Notes: generated by a model from the letters alone, not told the origin. A DNA stretch of 64,000 bases from Torpedo marmorata (GCA_977017645.1 OZ360230.1:16926001-16990000); one strand, 5' to 3'. Positions 12,926-27,194 are shown, counted from the stretch's first letter. Program-made: numbers and translations.

Positions 12926-14199
12926 TTTATTGTTTACATTTTCCCCATTCCCTTTGGAGTTTGGATTGGATTAATTTGGGTACATTCTGGCATCTAAGAT
13001 TTAGACTGGCAATTGGTATGCTCTGATTTGGTGAAGGGATCCGTCCCTGCTCCTTTGGCTCATTAATGTATATTCATGTGAGCATGAATGTATATTTTAA
13101 TACCTAAATCCAAGTTCTGATGACCAAACATAATCCATTAGGAATCCAATTCTTAATGTAATCAACAGGAAAACTCTCTGGTTGTGAATGACTGCCTCAG
13201 CTATATATTTTACCTCACAGTCTCCCAAATGAGTAACAAAATGGCCAAATGAATATGAATGACAGCGTATGGGCCTAATTGGAGGCCACTAGCTGTTGCA
13301 CCCATTCATAATCATCCCTCTGAAAGGTGGGGGGTAATTGTATGTGTACTGGTTATTGGAATGTGTGGGAGGAGGAGCAGACAGAGAATTGGATGGGAAA
13401 GTGGCCAGGAGAAGACAGACATCTGATTATTGAACAGATGGGAACTGGAAAATAGGATTGGAGGAGAGGGAGAGGGGGTCAGAATTGAGAGTGTGGATTG
13501 AGAGGGAAGAGAAGATTGGAAAGTGAGAGCTCATAGGACTGGAGAGAGGGAATAGAGAGGCGAGGGGATTTGAGGGGTGAAAGAGGATGTGGGGAAAGTA
13601 CAAGGATTAGAGTGAAGAAGGGGGTGCAGGCGGTTGGAAACAAGAGAGGGGCAAGGATTGTAAAGATTGAAGACAGCTTCTGAGGGCAAAAAGGAGATTA
13701 GTTGCCAAGATAAACAAATGATTAACCAACATATTGAGCTGAAATCCTCAAACCATGCAGTCAATAATCACTGTGAACATCACCATCTGCCACTGCATAG
13801 TGCTCTGTGTCCCATTGCAGTGGAATGTTATTGTATGATTTACAAACGTACTCAAATGTATTACAATACTGCAAATTCACATCCACTGTAATTATATGCA
13901 CATTTTCATTATCAACTAAAAGCATATAAGAGCTCAAGAAAATAAGAAATAGAATCAGGAGTATACCATTTCCCCTCTCATAAGGACTGTTCATTGAATA
14001 AGTTCATTGTACCTCAGCACCATTTTTATGCATGAATTCTGAACCCTTTGATTGCTTGAGTATCCAAATATCTATCAGCCTCTGCCTTGCATTGACTCAG
14101 TAACTGAGCCTATACAGCACTCTTGCGTGAAGAATTCCAAAGATTCATATCCTCTGGGTGAAGAAATTACTTCTAATTTATTTCCAAATGGGCGACCCC

Positions 14200-16520
14200 T
14201 TAGAACAATAAACTTTGGCAGACCCTTTGGCCCATGATGTCTGCGCTGACCATGATGTCAATCTGAGCTCGTCTCATCTGCCTACACATGCTCTTCATCT
14301 ATCTATGTCCTACCCCTCCATGCATCTTAAACATTGCTGTTGTATCTGCTTCCACTGCCATGCCTGACAGTGCATTCCTGGCATTTACCACTCTCTATGT
14401 TAAAAAAAAAGCTTGCCTCAGAAAGACACATCTTCCCCTCTCCGCCTTCCATGGGGACTCCTTTCCTCCATGACTCCCTCATCCACTCATCCCTTCCCAC
14501 CAATCACCCCCTTGGTACCTACCCCTATGACCACAGGAAATGCAACACATGCGTCCACCAGTCCTCCCTCACTACCATTTGGGGCCCCAAATAATCCTTC
14601 CAAGCGAAGCAACACTTCACTTGTTGTGAATCTGCAGGGGTCATCTACTGCATCCCGTTGTGGCCTCCTGTATATCGGAGATACTGGATGCAGATTGGGA
14701 GATCGCTGCATTGAGCATCTTCACTCTGTCCGCTATAATAGCACAGATCTCCCAGTGGCAACCCATTTCAATTTCCCGCCCCATTCATGATGGCATGTCT
14801 GTCCATTGGTCTCATGCACTGCCAAACTGAGGCCACCTGCAAATTGGAGGAACAACACTTTGTATTCCGTCTGGCGACCCTCCAACCAGATGGCATGAAC
14901 ATCGACTTCTCTGGTTCCCATTAGCCCCACACCCACCGTCTCTCTCTTTCCCTAACACTCTTTCCTCCAGCTCTGCATTCACAGAGCTACCCCTCTCCCC
15001 CAATCAATTCTCAGCTTTTCTCCCCTTCCCTCCTATCCATGTCCACCTAAGACCTCTTGACTGTTGGCCTATGCACCTCCCCCTGATTCTTCGTGCTTCA
15101 TCCCCCCACCATTTTATTCAGACACTTGCCTGCTTTTTCCTCATACCTTGACGAATGGCTCAGACCCGAAATGTTAGTTACATATCTGCCTACTATGAGC
15201 TTTGCGGGACCTGCTGAGTTTCTCCAGCACTTTTGTGTATTAACTACATTCTCAGCATCTGCAGACTTTCTTGTTCCACTTGCTTTGTAAATCTTTTTTA
15301 AACTCCCCCCACCCTCATCTTAAACCCATGTCTTCCCATATTTGGTTTCCTCCCTTAAAAACAACTCAACTATCTACCCTCTCAATGCCTCTCATTAACT
15401 TTATATACTTCTATCAGGTCGTTCCTCAGCCTCCAACACTCTGGCAAAACAATCCAAGTTTTTTTTCCCGATCTCTCCTCATAATTAATGCTCTCCAATT
15501 GAGTCAACATCCTGGCGAACCTCTTCTGCACCCTTTCCAAGCTTCCACATCCTTCCTGTAATGTGCTGACCAGAAATGGATACAATACTCCAAATGTGCC
15601 CTAACCAAAGGTTATTCAGCTGTGACATAACTTGCCAACTTTTATACTCAACACCCCTTATTCTGAAAATGAACTCTTTCTGGGTATCCCAGCCAGAGAA
15701 AATTTCAATCTTGCATCTGTCCTGTCAAGAGATTTGTACATTTCATTTAATTAGATCACTAAAATTCGAGAGAATGTCGTGGGTCTGCATAAACTTTCAC
15801 CAAAGGACAACTCCACTATTCCAGGAAACAATCTTGTGAATCTTCACTGCATTCCCCTGTCACAAGAAAATCCTTATTTTACATATTATTCCAAATGGGC
15901 ATTATCCATGCTCTATAGAACTGGAACAATAATCGCCAACATACCATTTACCTTCCTTGTTGTTGTACATGAATCTTAACTCCCAGTGATTTGTGTACAA
16001 ATACACCCAAATCTTTCTGAACACTAAACTGTTCAATCTGTAGCCATTTAAAAAATATTCTGTCTTGCTATTTTTTCTAAGAATGTGCAAGAACTCGTGT
16101 TCTGCTTCATTTATCTCCCATGACCTTGTTCTTCACTTAAACTCTCTATATCACTCTGATCCCCTTTACATCCTCCTCACAGCCTACTCCGCCATCTAGA
16201 TTTATATCATCAGCGGACTTGGATATATGATACTTGATCCACTCAAAGTAATCATTGATATTGATTGTGAATAATTGAGGCCTCACCAGTGATCCCTGTA
16301 GCACGCCACTACCACAGCCTCACAACCCAGTAAAGAATCCATTTATTCCTTTTCAGTTCTGCATTAACCAATCCTCAACTCACACCTGTATATCACCCCC
16401 AATATCATAAACTTGAGTTTGTTAAATAATCTTTTATGCAGCACCTTATCTATGGCCTTCTGAAAGTCCCAAGTGTCCCCTGTCTGTCAGTTCACCTTCA
16501 TCCTGGTTACTTTTATAAGT
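14200..16520 (-). mobile_element. Degraded CR1 LINE fragments, interrupted by a Penelope insertion
   Basis: ORF 15382-15585 LERVQKRFARML...RLRNDLIEVYK; CR1 3' end near 14200-14410. Confidence 0.75.
14419..15278 (+). mobile_element. Penelope-like element 3' fragment (GIY-YIG, pseudo-LTR, degenerate hammerhead-like motif 15143-15180)
   Basis: SRCGLLYIGDTGCRLGDRCIEH in ORF 14413-14790; ATACC-TTGACGA-A-TGGC-TCAG-ACCC-GAA-ATGT-T; tail tctgcagactt. Confidence 0.88.
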
Positions 16521-17631
16521 GTTCTGGAAGTTCATTGCTTCTCATTTTCACTGCTATCTCTGATTTTGTTTTTTATTAATGATTATTTCCTTGAGTTTTT
16601 CATAGACTTTCAGTTATCTCTGTGAAGTTTTCTATAACCTGATTCAGGTACCTTTCTGGCTACTTTGTTCTGCCCCCACCTTCTGCTCCCATATTCAGTT
16701 CAGAAATGATTGTTGTCTCATTGTCGCAGCAAGTACTGCTATAAACAAAGTTTGAAAGTTTTCTGTGTGGCATTAAAATGCCTAATGGAGTGAAGGTAAG
16801 TGTTTTAGAGGATTGGTGACGAATCGTGCTGGAATATACTTGCTCCATATAAAGCAATGTAATACTCCCGATGGAACCTCACTGTGCAAGCTTCACTGCT
16901 TCCCTTGTATGTTTCTGCCCCTTTGAAGGGTAGTGTTCCACATTCCTCCTGCCCTGTGCATTGTCTTTTAATAGCGTGTACACGAATAACTAAATGTCTT
17001 CACTTTTCCTGACCTTCCAGTACTTCACAGTTAAGAAAATCTTCAGTGAAATTTTCACATTTCCTCACATTTAACCAAGCTCCCATTTGCTTCATCTGTG
17101 ATCCATAAAATTTCCTGCTCCCATCCGTAAAATATACTCTACCGTCTTCGTATTATCTATAAACTTGGATATACAAATCCCTTTCCTTGTATCAAATACA
17201 TATGATATAAAGCTAAGGGGCAAGAAGGAATTTTTTTTTTTAATCCATTATTGCTTTACTTTCTAACTTCCAAACCAATCACTGGGCTGTGTCACAAGAC
17301 ACCTTCAGTTTTGTAATCTTTTATTTTCATTAATAATCTCTTCTGTGGAATCTTATCAAAATTCGACGTAACCTACTTTTCAGAAGTCTACATTTTCTCA
17401 CTTTTATCAGCACAGCTTATACTTGTCCAAATGTTCAGACATATATTCTAATGTTTCCCGCAGTTCTAAGTATTCTGAACTGACAGGTTTGTAGTTTTCT
17501 GCTTCCCTCCTAGCCTTCTAACAGAAATTATCATTTTTTATTCCAAAACCACCATTCTGAAATCTGGTGAATTATGGAAGTTAGCTTCCATGTATCTACA
17601 ATCTCTCGTAATCTTTTGCTTTTCCTTACAG

Positions 17632-17825
17632 GTTATCAATGCTGTGGAACAAGACTATCGTTTGCCCCCTCCGATGGACTGTCCAACTGCTCTTCATCAG
17701 TTGATGTTAGACTGCTGGGTGAAAGATCGTAACAACAGGCCCAAGTTCGCCCAGATTGTAAACACACTGGATAAACTCATTAGGAACGCAGCGAGCCTAA
17801 AGATAGTCTCCGTTGCAAATTCAGG
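17632..17825 (+). CDS. EPHB3: EphB3 coding exon, kinase C-terminus
   Basis: tacag acceptor, gtatgt donor; [64 protein letters not shown]. Confidence 0.96.
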
Positions 17826-18038
17826 GTATGTCTTAATATTGTTTTGAAGATCAGATAATGCAACTTTGGATGTTGACAAACTTCCCAGCTTTTAATCACA
17901 TATGTTAGATATTATCATTGTTTACTCATTTTAAGGATGCTGTTCAAAGGAACTTATTTTGATCAAAAAGCATTTCTTTCACAAAAATGCAAAAATACTT
18001 TCATGTTAAGTGACCAACTTTAACAACTTTAATATTTT

Positions 18039-18216
18039 AGTAAAAACACAATGCTGGAGAAACTCAGCAGGTCAAACAGTTTCCTTTATATAGCAAAGAT
18101 AAAAATACATAACCGACGTTTCGGGCTTGAGCCCTTCATCAAGGACACTGTTTGACCTGAGTTTCTCCAGCATTGTGTTTTTACTTCAACCATGGTGTCT
18201 GCAGACTTTAGTGTTT
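18039..18216. mobile_element. 178-bp Penelope-derived non-coding mini-element with inverted arms
   Basis: Arms 18039-18080 and 18147-18185 are reverse complements; tail to 18216; TSD aactttaatat(t/c)tt at 18025-18038 and 18217-18230. Confidence 0.88.
18109..18144 (-). ncRNA. Minimal type I hammerhead-like motif, best-preserved core (U3 variant)
   Basis: Minus strand reads CC-TTGATGA-A-GGGC-TCAA-GCCC-GAA-ACGT-C-GGTTAT: perfect stem II, palindromic stem III, GUC triplet. Confidence 0.72.
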
Positions 18217-21200
18217 AACTTTAATATCTTGATGTTTAGTGCCTGCTTTTCAAGTAGTGGAGCCCATACAGGTCATGACCCTGGTTATCTTAGGGGCTTT
18301 GGTATAATGTCAATCATGTCAGCCAACCCATGGGACCACAAAAAAAAACAATATGTTCTCTTCAGTAAATGGAGAGATACTGACAATATTTCAAAATGAT
18401 TTGGAGATTTTCTTTCTCTCCACACTTCCTGATGAATAAAAGACAGGAAACAATAATAAAGTGACCTTTTTGTTTTGAACTAAATGTCAAAAGGTCAGAT
18501 GACCCTTACTGATAAGAAACCCAGTGGAAGAATTAGAGAGGAGCACAAAGAAGGTGCACTGGTTTATGAGAGTTTATTGTCATACACATAAGTACAATGT
18601 ATAGATGCACTGCAATTTTTACTTGGTTAGATCAGTGGGGACACAACATTTTTAAAAAGTGGTTGTAAGAATAAACATTGAGCTGTCAGAAAGTTTGACC
18701 AGCGTATCTTAAATTAATATAAAAATAAAAAATTCTGAAAGCAATATTGGATTAAATCCTCTTCAAGTAATAGTAACAGAGATTAAACTTTCAACTGAAA
18801 CCATCTGCGAATTTTACCTGGATTGCATGTCAAAACTTAAATTGAACTTTCATGGCAGAATGATTAAGAAATTTGAGGTACCGGTAATTAATTTCACTGT
18901 CATTGACGCAATGAGATTTGGTTTTTTTAAATGATCTCTTCACTGTGCATGGAATGAACGAGGAAGATTAGGAAAGACAAGAGAGGAATTTTGATGATAG
19001 AATTGATGTCTGATCCATAGATACGTTAATGCGTCATTCTTTGATATTGAATCTTCAGATTGGGCACAAAAAGCAGGGCTTGCTGGTATTTACTGACGTA
19101 AGATGTGATCAAGGAGACAAGCAAGATGAAGTTCATTGGTGTCAGTGCTTGCATTTTACAACATACGGATGCTATTTGTCACCACATAAGGTTGTGACAT
19201 CTATTATCATCGATTGATCAAGTGATACAGAAGCTGACCATTGGCCAATGAGCCGGAACCAACTCTTGGGAAAGGTTTATTCAGATTAGTCCCCTTCACT
19301 GTTCTTTCAGCATAACTGCATTTTTTTTCTTCAAGTATTCATCCAAGTTCCATATCATTGAATCTGCATTCATCGACCTTTCCAACTATAACAGCTTGAT
19401 GTCAATGATGATTTGCCCTGAATCAGCCAATGTCTTTGTTGATTGGCTTCAGGGAAGCTGGTTCTGTGGCAACCAAGAGGTCTTCATTGATGGAAATGAC
19501 AGACTCTAAATTATCATTCCTTTGAGCTCTCGTCATCACCATCGCAGCTAAACCAAATCTCCCGCTTACTCCCAATCCCAACAGATCTCTTTCCAAAGCA
19601 TTCCTCTGAAGCCACTATCTCTGATCACCAGAGGATTTCTTCAGTGCTATTGGGATATGTGGCAGCTGGGTACAGTTCAATTTCAAGGGGTCTTCATGTC
19701 TAATTATCAGTGTGCAGTGGGTCAGTGGTTTTTCAAGAACGGAAGTGCTTGTGCTCGTAATGTTGTCACCATGTTGAAAAGTTCATGCACTTCTCTTCAC
19801 AAATATGTGAGAATTGTGGATTTGAATTCCATTATTGAATTGTCTGCCAGAATATATTAGGTTCACTCTTGAAAAGTAGCGTCCTGTGCATTCGGCTGGG
19901 GTAGGGGATTGAGGCAGATGGGTGAGTGCAGAGTTAGAGGACAAACCTCTCAAATACCCAAAAAACTATAACATTATTCAAAAGATGGAGAAAGTAGATG
20001 GGATGGAAATGATTCTTTATTTCCGTTTAGCACATGTTCACTGAAATATCAAAGACATCTGCTCTTTTCCCTCCATCCTCATGTGTAAATAGAAAAGATG
20101 TATCAAGTTAGATTCATACAAGCCTAATTTTGAGACAAACACTGCTGGAGGTGGAAATAAGTGTAATACATGCCCTGAATGACCATGTTCACTTTAGCAT
20201 TTGGTGTGGAATAATCTGTAAAATATCAGGCAGGCATTACTTCCCTCAATGTAAAAGATTAACAGGGAGAAATGAAATGTAAGTTAAGAGGATTAGTGCT
20301 CTGGAAGTGACAGGTTCATTTTGTTTGTGCCTTCAGCCGAGGTAGTGGAGACATTACCCATGAGAAAATGTTTTTCTCCCATGTAAGGAGGTGCAGAGAA
20401 CCAAATTCTCAAATGTTTTTATTTAAGATACAGTTCATCCTTGCTACATCCTTGATTTGTTCCATATCCCTTTCCTGGCTCTAAATGTTCAGCTGGTATT
20501 GATATGACCTACATTCTCGAATACTAAAGGGCCTTAATAATTTTTGTTTTTTATCATAAATGTATCATGAGTGGCATCATCAGTTAGCAGGCTAATTTCA
20601 ATATTGGCCTTTGTGGCAAGATGGTTTATTTAACAAAGCTTTCTAATCATGACAGCTTGATTTGTTTCCTCAAGAATTCTCATCCTTTTCCTGTGCAGCC
20701 TGTTTTACATTATCTTTGAATTTACCGATGGATGCCTTGATTGGAACATGTTGGCAATTTTCAATGATAAACCACTTTGTGTGTCCAAAGAAAACTAACC
20801 TTTCTGTAGTGTTTGAAACTGTGTCTCAAATTCTTTCCTGATGTCCTGATCATAAATTGTTCTCACTCAATTCAACTGAAAATCTTTGTATTTTATCTTA
20901 TACATTTGCCACAATTTTGAACGATATAGTCTCGTTTAATTTCGTGCTCATTGTCGTAAATGCAATAGCTACATTTTAATCTATTTTCTATTTAGCTACA
21001 GAATTTGTGTATATTAACATTCTTAACGCAGAGAAGCCAACTATTTTTTGTTGTTCTATCGTAAGGTAAACCCAATAAAATGACTTTAGTTCCTTCTATA
21101 GATATTCAAAAGAAAAGTAAAAACATAAAACTAATTTCTTTTGTGAAAGCTAACAACCAATGCTTCGACAAAAAAAACAATTTTTAAGGAGTTCAAGATG

Positions 21201-21429
21201 CTAGCAACTGATATTTATTAAGAATCGCATCACAATCTCTCCAACCTAGATTCAGTTGCAGAATTAAACAAGGCAGAGTGCACACACAATCAGCCAAGAA
21301 ACTCTACTCCCTGGGTCCAGGTTCTAACATAAACAGAAATATGGAAAATTCCACTTGCCAACTGGTCACGACTGAAATCCTTTCAGTCTTGAACAAAAAT
21401 AAAGCACTTATTTTCTTTGTCCATCGATT

Positions 21430-23250
21430 TAATCATAAATAAAGAACTGAAAGTGAGCTGTGAGGAGGATATAAAGAATCTGCAAAAGGGCATAGAAAAG
21501 TTAAATGGGTGGATACAATCATGAAAATGTGAAATACGGGGAAACCTGATAATGTTCGCTTTGGTGGCAAGAATAAAAAGTGGGAAACTTGTAGATATTA
21601 GTTCATTGGTGCTCTGGGACATGAATGAACATGTAGGTATGGCAAACACTTTTGAAATCAAATAGGATATCGGCCTTTATTATAAGGGAATTAGAAAAAA
21701 AGAGTGAAGATGTCTTCTTGTCACTGTGAGATCACATCTGGAGATCTACATGTTGTCTTACTCCTTCTGTTCCTATGGGAGGACATTTTTGCCTTCAAGA
21801 TTTCTGAGATGGAGATTTTTTTTTAATTCTGAGGAGAGATTGAATAAAATGGGACTGTACTAACCCATATTTGTAAAAACGAGGGTAGAACTCTGAGGCA
21901 CACAAAATTCTGAGGGGTGGAAAGGTAAAATAATGGCAGTTTTGTTTTCTGTAGTTGGTGAGCTACGAATTAAAATATCAGGATAAAGCATTAGGCATTT
22001 AGGACTGAAACGAGGAAAGATTTCTTTACTCATAAGGGTATGAATCTGAAGAGTTCTGCAAATCAGAGGGAGGTGAATGCACAAAGCGATCAATAATGTT
22101 TTCGAACCAGATTGTAATGTGGATTTAAGGTGTGTGATCACCCATGACCCTGAATGGAGAAGCCTTATAGACAGCAGCAGCTTTATGTTTTGTATGTTCT
22201 TACCTCTTCACCTCATTCTCTGTAATGCCTGGTTTTTTTTTTTGGTTTCTCTGTTCAATTTAATTAGTCATTGGTACTATAGAATTGACTCGTTCCTTTT
22301 TATGTTACATCAGTGCTGGGAAGGTTATTGGAAGGGATTCTGAGGGACAGGATTCATTTGCAATTGGAAAGGCAAGGTCTGATTATGCACAACCAGCATG
22401 GCTTTGTGCTGGGAAATCATATCTCATGGATTTGATTGTGTTTTTTTTTGAAGAGGTGACTAAGAAGATTGATGAGGATGGGGTGATAGATGTTGTCTGC
22501 ATGGATTTTTGCAAGGCCTTGGACAAGGCTCTGCGTGAATCGCTGATTCAAGTTAGAAATGCAAAATGAGGCTTTTTGGGAAGTTAAACCAGTGAAGCAC
22601 AGGGCCTTCGGGAGTGTTGTTTAAGAGAGAGACATTGGGATAAATGGGAACACAAGCAGACAGTGAGGTGAAGAAGGTGCATGGCATTCTTGGTTTCAGT
22701 GGCCGTGGTATTGAGTATAGGAGTTGAGATGTCATTTTACAGTTGACCAAAATGTTGGTTGTGCTGCATTTGGATATTGTGTGCAGTTCTGGTCACCATA
22801 CAATGGAAAGATGTGATTAAGCTGCAGATGATGCAGAAAAGATTAACAAGAATGTACCTGGATTGGAGGGCATGAGTTTCAGGAGAGGTTGGATAGATTA
22901 GGTTTGTTTTCCCTGGTGTAGAGGTGGATAAAAATGACACGATAGAGGTTTATAAAGTTAAGGGAGGCATGAATAGATAGCCTGTGACCATTTCCCATGA
23001 TTGAAATGTTTAAAAACTGAAGGGCATAGGCTTAAGATAAGATGAAGGAGGTTTAAAGGGGAACTGTTGTTATCTGGAATGAGCTATCAGAGGAGGCGGT
23101 TGAAGGCAGGAAAAGTAAATGTAATATCTTGCCAGATACTTGGATGAGCAGGGCATTGAGTGCTAGGGATATAATAGAGGAAAGTAGGAGTTGCATGGTG
23201 ATCAGCAGAGACATGGTAGGCAGAAGGGCCTGTTTCTGTGCTGTACATCT
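21430..23250 (+). mobile_element. Two degraded CR1 LINE fragments in an EphB3 intron
   Basis: FFEEVTKKIDEDGVIDVVCMDFCKALDK in ORF 22285-22569; tattgtgtgcagttctggtcacc; 3' end ggcagaagggcctgtttctgtgctgta. Confidence 0.78.
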
Positions 23251-23677
23251 CTTGGGCTCAAATTTTAAATTGACAAAATTAATAAAGGAACAATTTAGGG
23301 TAAATGAGCAACATAAATAAACAAGCCTTTTTGGTGAAGAAGTGATTAATGTAAATATATTATGATCACTGCTTCTGAATGTGGACCCAGCAAACACACT
23401 TTTTGGCACATATGCTTCATGGTTACACAGCAATGCAGAAGGCAGACAGGAAGCATCGGTGGCAATCACCCTTTCATCAGCATTACATCTTAAAGCAGTA
23501 CAGATCTGCTCATGCGACTATTAAGGGTCAGACGTGATCTGCTTTAAGTAGTGTAACTGGGGCATCTGTGATCCTTATCATCCTCAGTACCTGAAGTGAC
23601 TTGTTCCAGACTCACTCTGGATACTGATATAAGCAGGGCATAAAATGTGGACTGATTTTGTTTTATCTTCTCCACAG

Positions 23678-23833
23678 CCCTTCCCAGCCTCTTTTGGATC
23701 GTACTGTTCCTGACTACACCACATTCACCACAGTGGGAGACTGGCTAGATGCAATTAAAATGGGTCGGTACAAGGAGAATTTTATTAATGCTGGGTTCAC
23801 CTCATTCGACTTGGTTGCTCAGATGACAGCAGA
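23678..23833 (+). CDS. EPHB3: EphB3 coding exon, SAM domain N-part
   Basis: cacag acceptor, gtaagt donor; [52 protein letters not shown]. Confidence 0.96.
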
Positions 23834-24546
23834 GTAAGTATTAACCCTCATCACTTTCTCCAGCCTGTTCAAGGAATTTGTTATGAACTAAGGCTGAGGC
23901 AAAATCTACAGAACTGGAAAAGTGATCTCACTTGAAATCCCTTTATCCTAAAATGTGGACTCTGTCCCTAGCATACCAGGTAGAAGCCTTTGGCTTCATA
24001 CCTGAGTTTTAATACTAAATAATGAACCGCATTTTCCACCCCTGCACCTTCAAATTAACTTGCAGAGCAGGAATTCAACATACAATCTCAACAATGGGCA
24101 ATTGGTATTGAGATGATTAGCTTAATGTCTTTTCCAAAATAAACATAGTTTCCAGTCTTCTTAAGACATGTTAAATCAATTGAATCCAATGCATTATTTC
24201 ATTGTGCAATGCTGGCCATATTCCTTTCATTAAGCAAATAATACAAAAGTCTAACATTTTGTTCAAAGAGAGTAATTTTGGACAATGGATCAACGTGGCA
24301 TAAAACAAATGTGGTTTAGTCAACCAACGTCAGCAATTTCATGCATGAAGGACATTTGTGAAATGTTGCTTTTTCATTCCTCATGAATTTTGAAAACTGT
24401 ACTTTACAAATGGCTTTGGAGACCAAAAAAAAGAACATTGTGAGGACATCAGCAATGAATTATTAAACGTTCTTTGTTTACTTGTAATGGAACTGAGCCA
24501 AAACATCTTGCCAAAGAAAATGTAACAAATGTACTTTCTTTTACAG

Positions 24547-24655
24547 GGACTTACTGAGGATAGGAGTCACATTGGCTGGGCACCAAAAGAAGATTCTCGG
24601 CAGCATTCAGGACATGAGGTTACAGATGAACCAGACGCTTCCAGTGCAGGTCTGA
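24547..24655 (+). CDS. EPHB3: EphB3 last coding exon, SAM end and PDZ-binding motif
   Basis: tacag acceptor; [35 protein letters not shown] then TGA; MNQTLPVQV is the EphB3-type C-terminus. Confidence 0.96.
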
Positions 24656-26900
24656 CAGCAAGGAACTCTGGAACTGATTAAGTTTGAAGTCAAATAGAAT
24701 AATTGCGTGCAGTGCCTGGTTTCCAGTTTTTCCTGTATGGAGCACCTAAAACTATTGTTTCAAGTCAACCGTCAGTTCAAGGATAATTGTAGCATGAATT
24801 GAAAAATGTCTGACAGGGCTCCAAAAGGAATGCAGTCTGAAAATAGTTATTATGTTTTTTTGGGCAGTTGGTTTGTTTCATGGAATTTTGCTCTTCTTGC
24901 ATCAAACCTGTGACATTATCAAAGACTATTGAGCATTGCCAATAAAGGCAGATTCTGCCCAAAAGCTAGTACCTATTAAGTCTTCATATTGAAGATGTAT
25001 TATTTAAATTGATGTGTAAAGATAACACATGGAATATTGGATCACAGATTTGATATTTAGCTTGTGAGTTGCTTTCTTTCAAAATACCACCTGTGAGAAC
25101 ATATAAAGATATTGAACAATGCTGTATGTAGCATGGCAAACCACAGAGCTAAATCCTGAGCAAATCCCTAATTCTCAATTTGCAATAAAGTCAGATTGGA
25201 ATAGCTAACTATGAATGCCTTTAAGGTGTGCTCGCACCTTTTGGTCCAAAATGACCTTCCTTCACAACTTGTGTGGCACTTGAACATTGAATACTGGCAT
25301 GAAGATAATTATACCTTAAGAGGAAATGAAAGTACACAGGCCCAGCAATTATGCATATAAGATTTCACTTGGTTTTCCCAGGTGTTCTTATAATTTATGG
25401 TTACTCTAAGTAAGCAGATTACTGGATATATTGGGTCTACCTGTGCTTGTGGCAAGTGAAGGATATACTGTGCCAAGAAACAGCTCTTATAATGTTCAGT
25501 CAAAGACGCCTGTGCAAAGATGGATGAGAAGAACCTCAACAATGAAGCGATCCTGATTGATTCAGAACTGCTGTAATGTCGGGCAGAGTCTTCTGGACTT
25601 TATTTTTGGGATTTCCTTGACTTCCATCTGAAGTGATGAAGTTGTCACCTGTGAGAAGAATGGAACAGAATTTTTTGAACTGTGCAACCAGACACTAAGC
25701 CGCCAAAATGATTTAGAACCCTTTATCGTGAGAGCTGTCAAGAAAAGTGAGAGACTATACATCACTGAGAAATTTCATGGCCATCTGTTTAATCAAGTGC
25801 TGTTAAATTTTGTTGTCATTGCCAAAAGACAGGAAACTTTATTTTTTCTAAAAACAGATAAAACCTTTGTAAGCAACTGAGTGCAGAGCCTGTAATAGTG
25901 AAACAAAAAGTATGGAAAGGCAATAAGCATTTTTAATTTAGTTAATATTGCAGTAAATCATCGTTAGTTTGTCTGCAAAACTTTTCTTACAAAGAACATG
26001 TGGCAGAGGAGACTGTACATTTGTACATACTATCAGATATTTTCCTTTGTTAATGTGTGGGTTTTAAACAGTAAATACAGACTGTATATTTTGCCACTCT
26101 AGATGGGACATGCCTGTATTGTATATAGACAAGGCAAAAATGTGTGGAATGCAACAGTTAAATTTGAATGTTCTGAGATCCTCAATCACAACTGTAGACT
26201 CTTAATCCCAACTTGTACTGTAAAATAACACTATGTTGTAAAGAAAAATGTCGTGATAGGTTATTCATAGTAGTTCATGGTGTCCACTAGACATCAGTGA
26301 TCAAGGTAAAACATTCAATTATTGTTGCTGTGAATTTGGTGCAAGATTTAATGACCATTGCCCACCATTTCCTCTTGAGTAATCTTTCCCCTTAGTACTT
26401 CTGTAAGAGCCTTACAGTGGCTATCTTTTGTAGAAAGATCTAATGGCTGTCTTCCAGTCACTTTGGAAACAAACCTGTATAGTATTTTGCAAACTTTTTA
26501 AAATATTGAGATGTATTTAATGGTGAAAAATAATGCATTCTTGCATTTGTAGAAATATTTTTAAAAACACTTTTGCAATTAAATTATTTAAGAAGTTTAT
26601 GGTATTACTTTGTGCTTGTTTCTTTTGTTTTATGCATCAAATTCTGTGTCGTTGCCAGTACTCAGAGTTGGCAATCAATAATATAATGTTTTATAAGAGT
26701 GATTACTTACAGCAATCTGTTGGAAATGCCCTCAATTGAGAGTAGTGTTTGTTTTCGAAGAGTGTTTCGTGGTAATGCAGATAATTTTAAATACATATAT
26801 TAAAACATGCCATGCTGGCCAAAAGCAGTAATGTAATACTGTAAAATGACAAGAAAACTTCTTTCCTAATGAAAAATAAAGTTTCTTAACAAAATTTAAA
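24656..26900 (+). other. EPHB3: Probable EphB3 3' UTR (about 2.2 kb)
   Basis: Follows the stop codon; no recognisable TE; AU-rich; AATAAA at 24941, 25184 and 26875; the end point is inferred. Confidence 0.6.
26875..26880 (+). terminator. Candidate distal poly(A) signal of EphB3
   Basis: AATAAA followed by T-rich sequence at the end of the TE-free block. Confidence 0.5.
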
Positions 26901-27194
26901 TTTCATATTCTTCTGCTGGATACAGGGCAATTAGATACCCACACTTTCTATTTTAATACGGAGAGCTGATTGGCATGTGTGCTGAATTGAGGATATCTCT
27001 GAAAGGAGGACATCTTTCAAAATGTCCCAAAATCATGATAAGTCACAGAATAGCAGTAATATGCATCCAAGACTGAAAACTAATAACCTTTATTGCAGTT
27101 GACTTGTCTTAGAATTGGTTATTCCAATTAACAGAATCTCAAAATCTCTGATTTAATCATGCTTTATCAACTGCAAAGATCTTCTACAAAAGAA

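Noticed and set aside
13360-13680. Purine-rich GGA/GAG tract
   Set aside because: Low-complexity sequence with no defined repeat unit or family assignment.
23678-23687. Alternative acceptor cttcccag 10 nt into the SAM exon
   Set aside because: It would shift the frame; the upstream acceptor gives the frame-preserving 156-nt exon.
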